A DNA stretch of 64,000 nt from an uncultured virus (IMG/VR IMGVR_UViG_3300020219_000015) (taxonomy: Duplodnaviria; Heunggongvirae; Uroviricota; Caudoviricetes). Every line of letters begins with the position of its first letter. Position 1 is the stretch's first letter. The stretch lies in the IMG/VR virus record IMGVR_UViG_3300020219_000015, one strand, 5' to 3'. The translations under genes were made by a program, and so were the position numbers. Below, in pieces: positions 1 through 7,631 of this stretch. The notes under the pieces were generated by a model. The model saw only the letters and a program-made list of their open reading frames with translations, ran no database searches and was not told the origin of the DNA.

Positions 1-244
1 ACATAAAATACAAAATATAGTAGATGTAATAAATGAAGGATGGGTTCCTAATTTTAATGATTCTACTGAAAGAAAATATTATCCTTACTTTATCAAAAAG
101 AATGGTGTCTGGGGTTTCTACAGCTCTGTCTCTCATGTTGGTGGTGTTGGTTCTCACGGCCAGGTTGGGCTTTACCAAACTGAAGAAAAGTCTAATTTTG
201 TAGGTAAAAAATTTTTGGATATTTATAGTGATTATTTAGATTAA
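1..244 (+). CDS. Partial (3' end) DGR target protein, copy 1
   Basis: Reads HKIQNIVDVINEGWVPNF...KYYPYF...GVWGFYSSVSHVGGVGSHGQVGLY...DYLD* with stop at 242-244. Identical to 549-792 outside the variable region. Confidence 0.85.
   Translation, partial: HKIQNIVDVINEGWVPNFNDSTERKYYPYFIKKNGVWGFYSSVSHVGGVGSHGQVGLYQTEEKSNFVGKKFLDIYSDYLD
104..175 (+). repeat. DGR variable repeat VR1
   Basis: Against the TR at 815-883: 18 mismatches opposite TR adenines, 1 non-A mismatch and one extra codon. Confidence 0.9.
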
Positions 245-300
245 TAATATGGATGGTTATCTCATTGTAATAGTTATAATTTAAGAAAAAAATATTTATC

Positions 301-792
301 ATGAACCAACTAGAATATACTGCTTTAAAAAACATGGCTTTGTCCTCAGATAAAGAGTCAGCTTATCTAGCTGCTATTATTCTTAGAAAGGAGTCTACAG
401 AAAAAAGTAAAAAGTTATTATATAAAATTCCTTTAGATAGTAGAATAAAAGACTATTCTGATATAATTGATGAATTAAAAATTAAAGAATTAACTATAAA
501 TGACTTTGGTTTTCTACCTGAAAATCAAAGAATAAAACTTTTTGCTTCACATAAAATACAAAATATAGTAGATGTAATAAATGAAGGATGGGTTCCTAAT
601 TTTAATGATTCTACTGAAAGAAAATATTATCCTTACTTTATCAAAAAGAATGGTGTCTGGGGTTTCTACGGCTCTCATTGTCGTCATCATAGTGGTGGTT
701 CTTACGGCATAGTTGGGCTTTACCAAACTGAAGAAAAGTCTAATTTTGTAGGTAAAAAATTTTTGGATATTTATAGTGATTATTTAGATTAA
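301..792 (+). CDS. DGR target protein, copy 2 (163 aa)
   Basis: Contains VR2. The INEGWxPxF...KYYPYF...VR...VGKKFLDIY architecture resembles, from recollection, Bacteroidetes-phage DGR targets. Confidence 0.88.
   Translation: MNQLEYTALKNMALSSDKESAYLAAIILRKESTEKSKKLLYKIPLDSRIKDYSDIIDELKIKELTINDFGFLPENQRIKLFASHKIQNIVDVINEGWVPNFNDSTERKYYPYFIKKNGVWGFYGSHCRHHSGGSYGIVGLYQTEEKSNFVGKKFLDIYSDYLD
652..723 (+). repeat. DGR variable repeat VR2
   Basis: Against the TR: 17 mismatches opposite TR adenines, 1 non-A mismatch and one extra codon. Confidence 0.9.
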
Positions 793-814
793 TAATATGG
801 TTAAGCATCTAACT

Positions 815-883
815 AGTGTCTGGAGTTTCAACAACTCTAATTATCATAATAGTGATAATTCTAACAGCCAAGTTGAGCTATAC
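815..883 (+). ncRNA. DGR template repeat (TR)
   Basis: Non-coding, AAC/AAT-rich copy of both VRs: agt gtc tgg agt ttc aac aac tct aat tat cat aat agt gat aat tct aac agc caa gtt gag cta tac. Confidence 0.88.
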
Positions 884-961
884 TTTAATAGTAAGTAATA
901 GATACTAACCTTAGCATCATGCTAAAAAATAGATAAGTAAAAATAAGATCTTAGTAAATAA

Positions 962-1384
962 TTGAAAAGTTCTTTTAATAAAAGTAAATTAACTATTGTG
1001 GCAAAATTACCGGTAACTGTGGTGTATAAAATAGATGAGGATGGAAATCTTCAACCTAATACAGAAGCAGATAGAATAATGAAAGATTTATTTAAGAAAG
1101 ATTGTAAACAAGGAGAACTTGTAGAGATAACTTATGAAATACAAAATAATGATCACTCATACGGTCAACTAAGTAAGGTGAAACCTATGGTAAGAGAATT
1201 AGCTGCAGAGACTGGAGTAACTTTTATGGAAATGGAAAAGATAATTAAGGAGAAAGTTGGCTTAGTAAATTCTGATGGATCAGTTAAGTCATTTGGAGAT
1301 TGTAGTAAACAAGAAGTAAGTTCTGCTATACAGGCTTGTGAAGAGTTAATGAGTTTTATACGACCAGCAATAGATGAGCAATGA
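962..1384 (+). CDS. Hypothetical protein, possibly NinB/YbcN-like (real start may be the GTG near 998)
   Basis: 140 aa ORF. The ELAAETGVTF...KSFGDCSKQEVS pattern is only weakly NinB-like. No RT motifs. Confidence 0.5.
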   Translation: MKSSFNKSKLTIVAKLPVTVVYKIDEDGNLQPNTEADRIMKDLFKKDCKQGELVEITYEIQNNDHSYGQLSKVKPMVRELAAETGVTFMEMEKIIKEKVGLVNSDGSVKSFGDCSKQEVSSAIQACEELMSFIRPAIDEQ

Positions 1385-1673
1385 TACAGATTATCCAACA
1401 GAATTAGATCTTACTCTTATTGAGAAATGGGATCTAAAAGAACAAGGAGTATTAGAGTTATTAGAATTTGTAAAAAGTAAATGGTGGATGGCTGATTGGG
1501 GATTTATACTCTCTGGTGAAGAAGAATTCACTCTCTCATTATCTACTGGAGGATGGAGTGGAAATGAGGATATTATAAGAGCTCTTAAAAAGAATTTTAT
1601 ATTCTGGAGTATGTATTGGCAGATGAATAGAAGAGGAGGACATTATCAATTTAAGATTACTCTTTCAAAATAG
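1374..1673 (+). CDS. Phage hypothetical protein
   Basis: 99 aa, coupled to the upstream ORF; contains LSTGGWSGNEDII. Confidence 0.7.
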   Translation: MSNDTDYPTELDLTLIEKWDLKEQGVLELLEFVKSKWWMADWGFILSGEEEFTLSLSTGGWSGNEDIIRALKKNFIFWSMYWQMNRRGGHYQFKITLSK

Positions 1674-1971
1674 ATTTTGAAACTGGGTCATATACCTTTT
1701 TTGTAATCTTATTTTGAGCTTTAGCTGCATCTTCATATTGATTACATAACCAGAGTATAGTATGCATGTGATATGTTAATGGGTCTTTATCAGCTTCTCC
1801 ATTATTGATTTTAGCTATCAACTCAGAAAATTGCTGTACATTTTTAATAGGAAAGAAATGAAATAACATGGCTTGTAATCTTTGATATAGAACATTATCT
1901 ACTGTGATTTGTATCTCAGTTCCATTCTCTATAATATCTACTGGTATATGAGCACTAGTGTCTTCTGCCAT
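1657..1971 (-). CDS. Hypothetical protein (lone antisense gene; likely start ATG 1971)
   Basis: Fills the gap between + strand genes and has a TATATTTG element just upstream. Confidence 0.7.
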   Translation of the reverse strand: MAEDTSAHIPVDIIENGTEIQITVDNVLYQRLQAMLFHFFPIKNVQQFSELIAKINNGEADKDPLTYHMHTILWLCNQYEDAAKAQNKITKKVYDPVSKSILKE

Positions 1972-1986
1972 GTGGTTTAGTTTTAA

Positions 1987-1994
1987 CAAATATA
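1987..1994 (-). promoter_or_regulatory. Bacteroidetes-type -7 promoter element
   Basis: Minus strand reads TATATTTG (consensus TAnnTTTG), about 15 nt before the ATG at 1971. Confidence 0.55.
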
Positions 1995-2011
1995 ATTCAA
2001 AAAAGTAAGTT

Positions 2012-2722
2012 ATGGAAAAAACTATAGATCTAGCTGTAATAAAGCAAAAATTATATGAAAGATTAAGTCCTAGTGGATGGGGAAGTAGGCTTAAATCCTT
2101 TCTATTAAGTGAGGAAATGGATAAGATTTTAGGTAAGCTCTATGAAGAGAGTCAGGATGGAAAAAGGTTTACCCCAGTCTTAAAGCAGGTATTTAGAGCA
2201 TTTGAAGAATGTCCTTATGGAGAATTAAAGGTAGTTATGCTAGGACAAGATGCATATCCACAATTAGGAGTGGCTGATGGTATAGCATTCTCTTGTAGTA
2301 ATACAGGAGTATTACAACCATCTTTAAAATATATTCTTCAGGAAGTCCATAGTACTGTATATGGAATGGATAAGTCTTATGATTATAATCCAGATTTAAA
2401 ACACTGGGCCAATCAAGGAGTTTTACTTATTAATACTGCATTTACTACTAGTACTGGTAGAGTAGGTGCTCACTATCTTATATGGAAACCTTTTTTGACA
2501 TTTGTATTAGATATTATATCTTCATATAATCCTGGGATGATCTATGTGTTCTTAGGAAAGGAATCTCAGAAGTATGCAGATTTAATTCCGGATAATACTT
2601 ATAAAATAATGGTATCACATCCTGCATCAGCTGCTTATGCTAAGACATGGGATTCAGAAGATGTATTTAATAAAATTAATAATTTATTAAGAGTCAATAA
2701 TAATTTAAAAATTACATGGTAA
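2012..2722 (+). CDS. ung: Uracil-DNA glycosylase (family 1)
   Basis: Motifs VFRAF, KVVMLGQDAYP, ADGIAFS, WANQGVLLIN and SHPAS. Confidence 0.93.
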   Translation: MEKTIDLAVIKQKLYERLSPSGWGSRLKSFLLSEEMDKILGKLYEESQDGKRFTPVLKQVFRAFEECPYGELKVVMLGQDAYPQLGVADGIAFSCSNTGVLQPSLKYILQEVHSTVYGMDKSYDYNPDLKHWANQGVLLINTAFTTSTGRVGAHYLIWKPFLTFVLDIISSYNPGMIYVFLGKESQKYADLIPDNTYKIMVSHPASAAYAKTWDSEDVFNKINNLLRVNNNLKITW

Positions 2723-2802
2723 TGAAAACTTTATGGAATAGATTTTCAGATTGGTTTGATAAACATTTTGCATGGTTTTTTACTAATGGTAACAAAAACT
2801 AA
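2722..2802 (+). CDS. Small protein (26 aa) MKTLWNRFSDWFDKHFAWFFTNGNKN
   Basis: ATG overlaps the ung stop (TAATG) and its stop directly precedes the next ATG at 2804. Confidence 0.55.
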   Translation: MKTLWNRFSDWFDKHFAWFFTNGNKN

Positions 2803-2803
2803 T

Positions 2804-3025
2804 ATGACAGAAGAAGAAAAAATTAAGCTTAATAAACTTAAGCTCTTAAAAAAGACCAATGAAATGATCTTTATTCTTAGAGGAAAAAAGAGTTGGTTTT
2901 CAGATTTGGAAATTAATAATCCAAGATTTGTGGATTTAATGGCTTCAGGAGTTAAAATGGCTTTTGATAAAACTATTGAGGCAATGAATGAGGAATTTGA
3001 TAAACCTTTCAAAAGAAGAATATAA
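2804..3025 (+). CDS. Hypothetical protein (start revised from 2756)
   Basis: The MTEEEKIK... ATG follows the small-ORF stop. Confidence 0.6.
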   Translation: MTEEEKIKLNKLKLLKKTNEMIFILRGKKSWFSDLEINNPRFVDLMASGVKMAFDKTIEAMNEEFDKPFKRRI

Positions 3026-3030
3026 TTACT

Positions 3031-3192
3031 ATGAAAAAAATTAGTAGTAAAAAACAAAAGTGGCCAGAAGAAAAATTAACCGGATATTCCAAAGAATGTT
3101 TTGAAGCTCTAGCTTATATTGTAGGAGATAGAGAAATAGCAATGGGCTATCTTGGAGTATTTGAGGATATTCATAAGAAATATAAAAAATAA
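3031..3192 (+). CDS. Small hypothetical protein (53 aa)
   Basis: MKKISSKKQKWPEEKL...HKKYKK*; fills the gap in a tightly packed operon. Confidence 0.55.
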   Translation: MKKISSKKQKWPEEKLTGYSKECFEALAYIVGDREIAMGYLGVFEDIHKKYKK

Positions 3193-3198
3193 TAAAAT

Positions 3199-3579
3199 AT
3201 GATTAAATATATGAAAAATGTATCTTATGTGGCTATACCTGGTTTGACCTATACTAATGAGATCACTAAAGAAATTATGTATAGTTCTTGTCACCAAGTG
3301 GCTACTAAAATATGTAATTTATACGGTATAACACTAGAGATACTTAGTTCTAAAAGAAGATATAGAAATGTTGTATTACCTAGACAAATCTATTGTTACA
3401 TGTGTAAGAAATATGTAATGCCCAGACCAACATTAAAACTAATTGGTAATTTTATTAATGTAAATCATGCTACTGTTATTCACTCTATTACTACAGTAGA
3501 GAATCTTATGTCCACAGATACAGAGTTTTCATTAATTATGAAATCAATTGATAAAAAATTTAAACAAAGTAATATCTAG
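3199..3579 (+). CDS. Stand-alone DnaA domain IV (Bac_DnaA_C) helix-turn-helix protein
   Basis: SKRRYRNVVLPRQIYCYM...TLKLIGNFINVNHATVIHSI matches the DnaA C-terminal signature. Confidence 0.8.
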   Translation: MIKYMKNVSYVAIPGLTYTNEITKEIMYSSCHQVATKICNLYGITLEILSSKRRYRNVVLPRQIYCYMCKKYVMPRPTLKLIGNFINVNHATVIHSITTVENLMSTDTEFSLIMKSIDKKFKQSNI

Positions 3580-3582
3580 TAT

Positions 3583-3825
3583 ATGAACAATACTGATTAT
3601 CCTGTAGGTTCCGATACCTCAGATGCTCCCTGGAATGAGCAAGATTATGGAGATAAAGAATGTCCTGTATGTATGGGAGATAAATATTTATATTATGCTC
3701 CTACAGATAGTGATGGAGAATATAATAAAGAGTCCTGTCATAATTGTGATGGTAGTGGAGTTATTCCTATGAATAGGCAAGATCATTTAGATAGACTAGA
3801 ATCTAAAAGAGAAGATATGAAATAG
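3583..3825 (+). CDS. Small DnaJ-type zinc-finger protein
   Basis: Motifs CPVCMGDK and CHNCDGSG. Confidence 0.65.
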   Translation: MNNTDYPVGSDTSDAPWNEQDYGDKECPVCMGDKYLYYAPTDSDGEYNKESCHNCDGSGVIPMNRQDHLDRLESKREDMK

Positions 3826-3858
3826 AAAAACCGGAGTTTTTACTTCCGGTTTTCTATG
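3822..3858. terminator. Bidirectional intrinsic terminator
   Basis: Perfect inverted repeat atagaaaaaccgga / tccggtttttctat. Confidence 0.8.
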
Positions 3859-3937
3859 AGTGTTCAGCTTGACTAACTATGAACAAAGAAATATTTTTTA
3901 CCCCTATTAGTTCTTTTTTGACTTCTGAAATAAAGAT

Positions 3938-4573
3938 ATGGATTTAATTTTAAAATACTATAAAAAATATATTAACATGCTCGAGATATTTAATTTATTG
4001 GCTAAATATGAGCTTTCTCCTAATCAATATTATATGTTGATTAGCATGAAAGAAGGAATTAGTTGTCCTCAGATAAATGAGGCTCAGGAGCTTAGAGCTC
4101 TTATAAGTAAAGATTTTATATATACTGGTGAAAAGGATCTTACTCAAAAATCTTTTGATATTATAGCTGAGGTTGAAGGAATGGTTAAACTAGCTAGTAA
4201 GAAAGTTACCAAGGCTGTATTAGGTCCGGAAGCTAGTGATAGTATAGATAAGTATAGAGAGATGTGGAATATGGGTAAACTACCTTCTGGAGTACCGGCC
4301 CGGGTTAATAAGAAAGAACTAGAGACTAAATTTCAGAAGTTTTTTCAGAAGTATACTTATAGTTGGGAAGAGATCTTAGCAGCCACTGCTTATTATATAG
4401 ATCAGTTTGAAAGAAATAGTCCTCCTTATCTGTATATGAAGAATTCAAGTTACTTTATCTCCAAGATGACTCAGGATAAATCCCAAGAATCAACATTAGC
4501 TAATTATATAGAGCTAATGAGAAGTGGAGATGATGAATTAAAAGCTAAAACATTTAGTGAAAAAGTAGTATGA
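3938..4573 (+). CDS. Hypothetical protein, possibly replication-initiator-like
   Basis: 211 aa ORF upstream of the helicase region; function inferred from position only. Confidence 0.55.
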   Translation: MDLILKYYKKYINMLEIFNLLAKYELSPNQYYMLISMKEGISCPQINEAQELRALISKDFIYTGEKDLTQKSFDIIAEVEGMVKLASKKVTKAVLGPEASDSIDKYREMWNMGKLPSGVPARVNKKELETKFQKFFQKYTYSWEEILAATAYYIDQFERNSPPYLYMKNSSYFISKMTQDKSQESTLANYIELMRSGDDELKAKTFSEKVV

Positions 4574-4782
4574 GTCCTTCTACTATCCTACCTACATATA
4601 TTAGAGAGGACTTATATAATATGGGATTAGATTATTACTTTGCATTTATAGGAAATAATTTTATTATTACATGCAATGATATTGATATATTCACATTTTA
4701 TGTACATCCTAACTATCCTATTTGGGAAACTATGATATTAGATACTATAAAAAAGGCTATTCAAAAAGAAATTGATCCATGA
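4570..4782 (+). CDS. Small hypothetical protein (paralog 1 of 3)
   Basis: ATGA coupling; NMGL motif and IKKAI..IDP ending. Confidence 0.6.
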   Translation: MSPSTILPTYIREDLYNMGLDYYFAFIGNNFIITCNDIDIFTFYVHPNYPIWETMILDTIKKAIQKEIDP

Positions 4783-5036
4783 CTAGAGAAGATGTATTTC
4801 AGAAATTTAAAGATATGGGTCTTATCATAGCAGATGATGTAGAATACCCGTGTTGGATTACTCCAAATAGATCTCATATTATTAATATCGACCATTATAC
4901 AGATAGTGGGATTGGAAATAATACCGGTGGTATACTTATCCAGGAGATGGATGAAAGTGAAATGGGAAGATGGTATGATTATGAATTAGGTATAAAGATG
5001 ATACAAGGTATAATAAAGAAAGCTATAGATCCATGA
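4779..5036 (+). CDS. Small hypothetical protein (paralog 2 of 3)
   Basis: ATGA coupling; KDMGL, WITP and IKKAIDP. Confidence 0.65.
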   Translation: MTREDVFQKFKDMGLIIADDVEYPCWITPNRSHIINIDHYTDSGIGNNTGGILIQEMDESEMGRWYDYELGIKMIQGIIKKAIDP

Positions 5037-5284
5037 AACTTCAAAAAGAAAAGGATTTATTTATTAATAGACTTAAAGATCTTGGATTAGTAGAATATGC
5101 AGATGATTCATGGTATACTCCTGATTGTAAAATCTATGTATATGTACATTATGATTTAAGATATCAGTATCTTTTTATTAGAATATCTCCTTTACCTATG
5201 CAATTAGATGGAGCCTGGAATGCAGAAAATGCTATAAAAAGAATACAAGATTCTATTCAGGAAAATCTAGAATCTTGTAAATAA
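5033..5284 (+). CDS. Small hypothetical protein (paralog 3 of 3)
   Basis: ATGA coupling; KDLGL, WYTP and IKRIQDSI. Confidence 0.65.
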   Translation: MKLQKEKDLFINRLKDLGLVEYADDSWYTPDCKIYVYVHYDLRYQYLFIRISPLPMQLDGAWNAENAIKRIQDSIQENLESCK

Positions 5285-5298
5285 TTATTAATATTTTC

Positions 5299-5329
5299 TT
5301 GTTTAGTATAATAACTTTTTCTATTCTTG
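5299..5329 (+). promoter_or_regulatory. Possible Bacteroidetes-type promoter for the replication operon
   Basis: TTG-N20-TATTCTTG, an imperfect -33/-7 match in an intergenic gap. Confidence 0.35.
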
Positions 5330-5418
5330 TAGTAGAGAATTACAATCCAAAATCTTAATAAAATGCCTCTTAAATCTAACAGATTAGGGGCATTCTTTCT
5401 CTAATAATTAACCAAAAT

Positions 5419-6402
5419 ATGACAGAAAAACCGTGGTCTAGTCAAAGAGATGGGTTCCTAAATAGTCTCCACTACATGAAAAGTAGAATGGAAGGAACTA
5501 TAAAATCTCTCAAGACTCCATGGGCTAAATTTAATGATGCTACTACTGATGGTTTAGAATGGAATTCTGTCACTATAATAGGTGGTAGACCGGCTAGTTT
5601 TAAAACAGGATTAAAAGATCAGATAATAAGAGAATCATTTAAACTTAATCCTGGAGAAGACTTCCGGGTACTAGAATTCTCATTTGAGATGTTAGCTAGA
5701 ACAACAGCTATAAGAGAATATAGTAGTATCCTTCAGAAGTCTTATAAATACTTATGTAGTGCAGATGGAAAATTAACTCAGGATGATCTAGACAAATGTT
5801 ATGCTCATGCTAAAGAAAGAGTTAAATACCCGATAGATATAGTAGAAGAATCTACTACTGTAGATGAATTTGAGGAGATTGTTATAGAGTACATGAAGAA
5901 TCACTCTGAAGTAATAGAAAATAAAAAAGTATATAAGAAAACTATTGTTACAATTGATCATACTTTATTATTCAAATTATCTCCGGCTGAAAAAGGTAAG
6001 AATGATATGCTGTTTCATTTAGGTGAAGTTCTTACTAGGCTTAAGAGAAGATATCCTATTGCTTTTATTGTACTTACTCAACTCAATAGAAATGTTGATT
6101 CTCCGGAAAGGTGTGAGGACGGTAAATATGGTAATTATATTCTTGAGTCAGATATATTTGGAGCTGATGCTATGCTTCAACATGCTGATGTTTTGATAGG
6201 TCTCAATAGACCGGGTAAGCAGAAAATTAGATTCTATGGGCCTGATAGATTTATAATAGATGATGATAAAGTAATAGTAATGCATTTTATTAAATGTAGA
6301 AATGGAGATACTAGGTTAAGTTTCTTTAGAGCAGAATTTGATAAAATGAGATTAGTAGAAATGAATACTCCAGGTCAACAAGAACGAAGATCTAAATCAT
6401 AA
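5419..6402 (+). CDS. dnaB: DnaB-like (SF4) replicative helicase, C-terminal domain only
   Basis: GGRPASFKT Walker A variant, FSFEM, TIDH, LTQLNR, LQHADV and KCRNG. Confidence 0.88.
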   Translation: MTEKPWSSQRDGFLNSLHYMKSRMEGTIKSLKTPWAKFNDATTDGLEWNSVTIIGGRPASFKTGLKDQIIRESFKLNPGEDFRVLEFSFEMLARTTAIREYSSILQKSYKYLCSADGKLTQDDLDKCYAHAKERVKYPIDIVEESTTVDEFEEIVIEYMKNHSEVIENKKVYKKTIVTIDHTLLFKLSPAEKGKNDMLFHLGEVLTRLKRRYPIAFIVLTQLNRNVDSPERCEDGKYGNYILESDIFGADAMLQHADVLIGLNRPGKQKIRFYGPDRFIIDDDKVIVMHFIKCRNGDTRLSFFRAEFDKMRLVEMNTPGQQERRSKS

Positions 6403-6416
6403 TTAAAAATAATATC

Positions 6417-6968
6417 ATGAGTGAAGAAAAAATGAGTAAAGATGTAAGAGATGTTAGAACTGTAGAATTAAGAGTATGGCAGCAGCCAGTATTTGATAAA
6501 TTAGGTTTACCAAATGCATATTATTTACCTAAGATGGCTTATCATGTTAATGGAGTATTAGTCATGGGTATGTTTGATAGTGAGATTAAACCTAATACAG
6601 ATATTTATACTGAAAAAGTAAACTGGTATCATCAACCAGAATATCCGGGAGGAAAATTAATCACTGATACTAATGATAGACAGTTATTAAAATGGAATTT
6701 TAATCCTCAGTGGCATGAAGAATATGGAAGGAAAGATGGCAAACCTAATGGAGCTGTTCTTATTCCTGTAGCAGAAATGATAACTATAGATAGAACTGAG
6801 GCATTACAAACAGAACTTGTAGCTGATTTTAATGATATAATGGATCCTGAAACAGATTCTCCAGTAGATCAATTAACAGGCAGAGATTGGGCAGCTATAA
6901 TGTGGTCTAAACCGGTGGCTTCTAAGAAATGGCTTAATGAGCTAGTACAGAAAACATTTAAGAAGTAA
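6417..6968 (+). CDS. Hypothetical protein
   Basis: 183 aa ORF in the replication operon. Confidence 0.75.
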   Translation: MSEEKMSKDVRDVRTVELRVWQQPVFDKLGLPNAYYLPKMAYHVNGVLVMGMFDSEIKPNTDIYTEKVNWYHQPEYPGGKLITDTNDRQLLKWNFNPQWHEEYGRKDGKPNGAVLIPVAEMITIDRTEALQTELVADFNDIMDPETDSPVDQLTGRDWAAIMWSKPVASKKWLNELVQKTFKK

Positions 6969-6993
6969 TATTAATAATTCTAAAATTAAAACT

Positions 6994-7626
6994 ATGAGCA
7001 GAAGTGAAGAAACTAAAATTAAAAATGTAGCTGAAAAATTTTTACAATGGAAGAATGGAGGATTTCAGTGGTATGATAAAGAAACTGAGACTAAGATGGA
7101 AATCAAATTACCTGTAAAATTTCTTGTACTAGATACACTAAGTACAGTAAAAGGATACAGTGATGCAAATCAAAGTGGTTTCTGGAGTAATGAAGTAAGA
7201 GATACTAAAAAAGAAATCCTATCAGTATATACTAAAAAGGGATTAGCTGCAAAAGGACTCTATGAAGAAGTAAAAGTTCATGCTAATTGTACTGGAGCAA
7301 AATATTCTCAATCAGTATATATAGCACTAATAGAAGGAGATACTCTTAGTTTATGCAATATTCAACTTATGGGGGCAGCTGTTAGTGCATGGATAGATTT
7401 TAGAAAAGATAATCCAGATATATTTACAGGAGGTATTGAGGTAGCTACTTCTATACAAGGAAAAAAAGGAGCAACTGTATATCAGATTCCTGTATTTACT
7501 AAAATAGAAGTTTCTAATGACTTGAATGAAAAAGCAAAAGAACTTGATGTTATTTTACAACAATATTTAACTCAATATTTTAAGAAGAGTGATCCTACTA
7601 TTGAAAATGATAATACTGAAAAATAA
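6994..7626 (+). CDS. Hypothetical protein, possibly ssDNA-binding
   Basis: 210 aa, beta-rich, in a replication context; function is an inference. Confidence 0.55.
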   Translation: MSRSEETKIKNVAEKFLQWKNGGFQWYDKETETKMEIKLPVKFLVLDTLSTVKGYSDANQSGFWSNEVRDTKKEILSVYTKKGLAAKGLYEEVKVHANCTGAKYSQSVYIALIEGDTLSLCNIQLMGAAVSAWIDFRKDNPDIFTGGIEVATSIQGKKGATVYQIPVFTKIEVSNDLNEKAKELDVILQQYLTQYFKKSDPTIENDNTEK

Positions 7627-7631
7627 AAACT

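Larger units (their letters stand above)
1..252 (+). repeat. Direct repeat of 549-800 (548 bp offset)
   Basis: Nucleotide identity except for 16 substitutions, all clustered in 122-163. Confidence 0.95.

Noticed and set aside
1..883. CRISPR array or terminal repeat as the explanation for the repeats
   Set aside because: The repeats are coding, there is no repeat-spacer periodicity, and mismatches are specific to TR adenines, which fits a DGR.
962..1384. ORF after the TR as the DGR RT or Avd
   Set aside because: Too short for an RT, no YxDD motif, and no resemblance to Avd that I can support.
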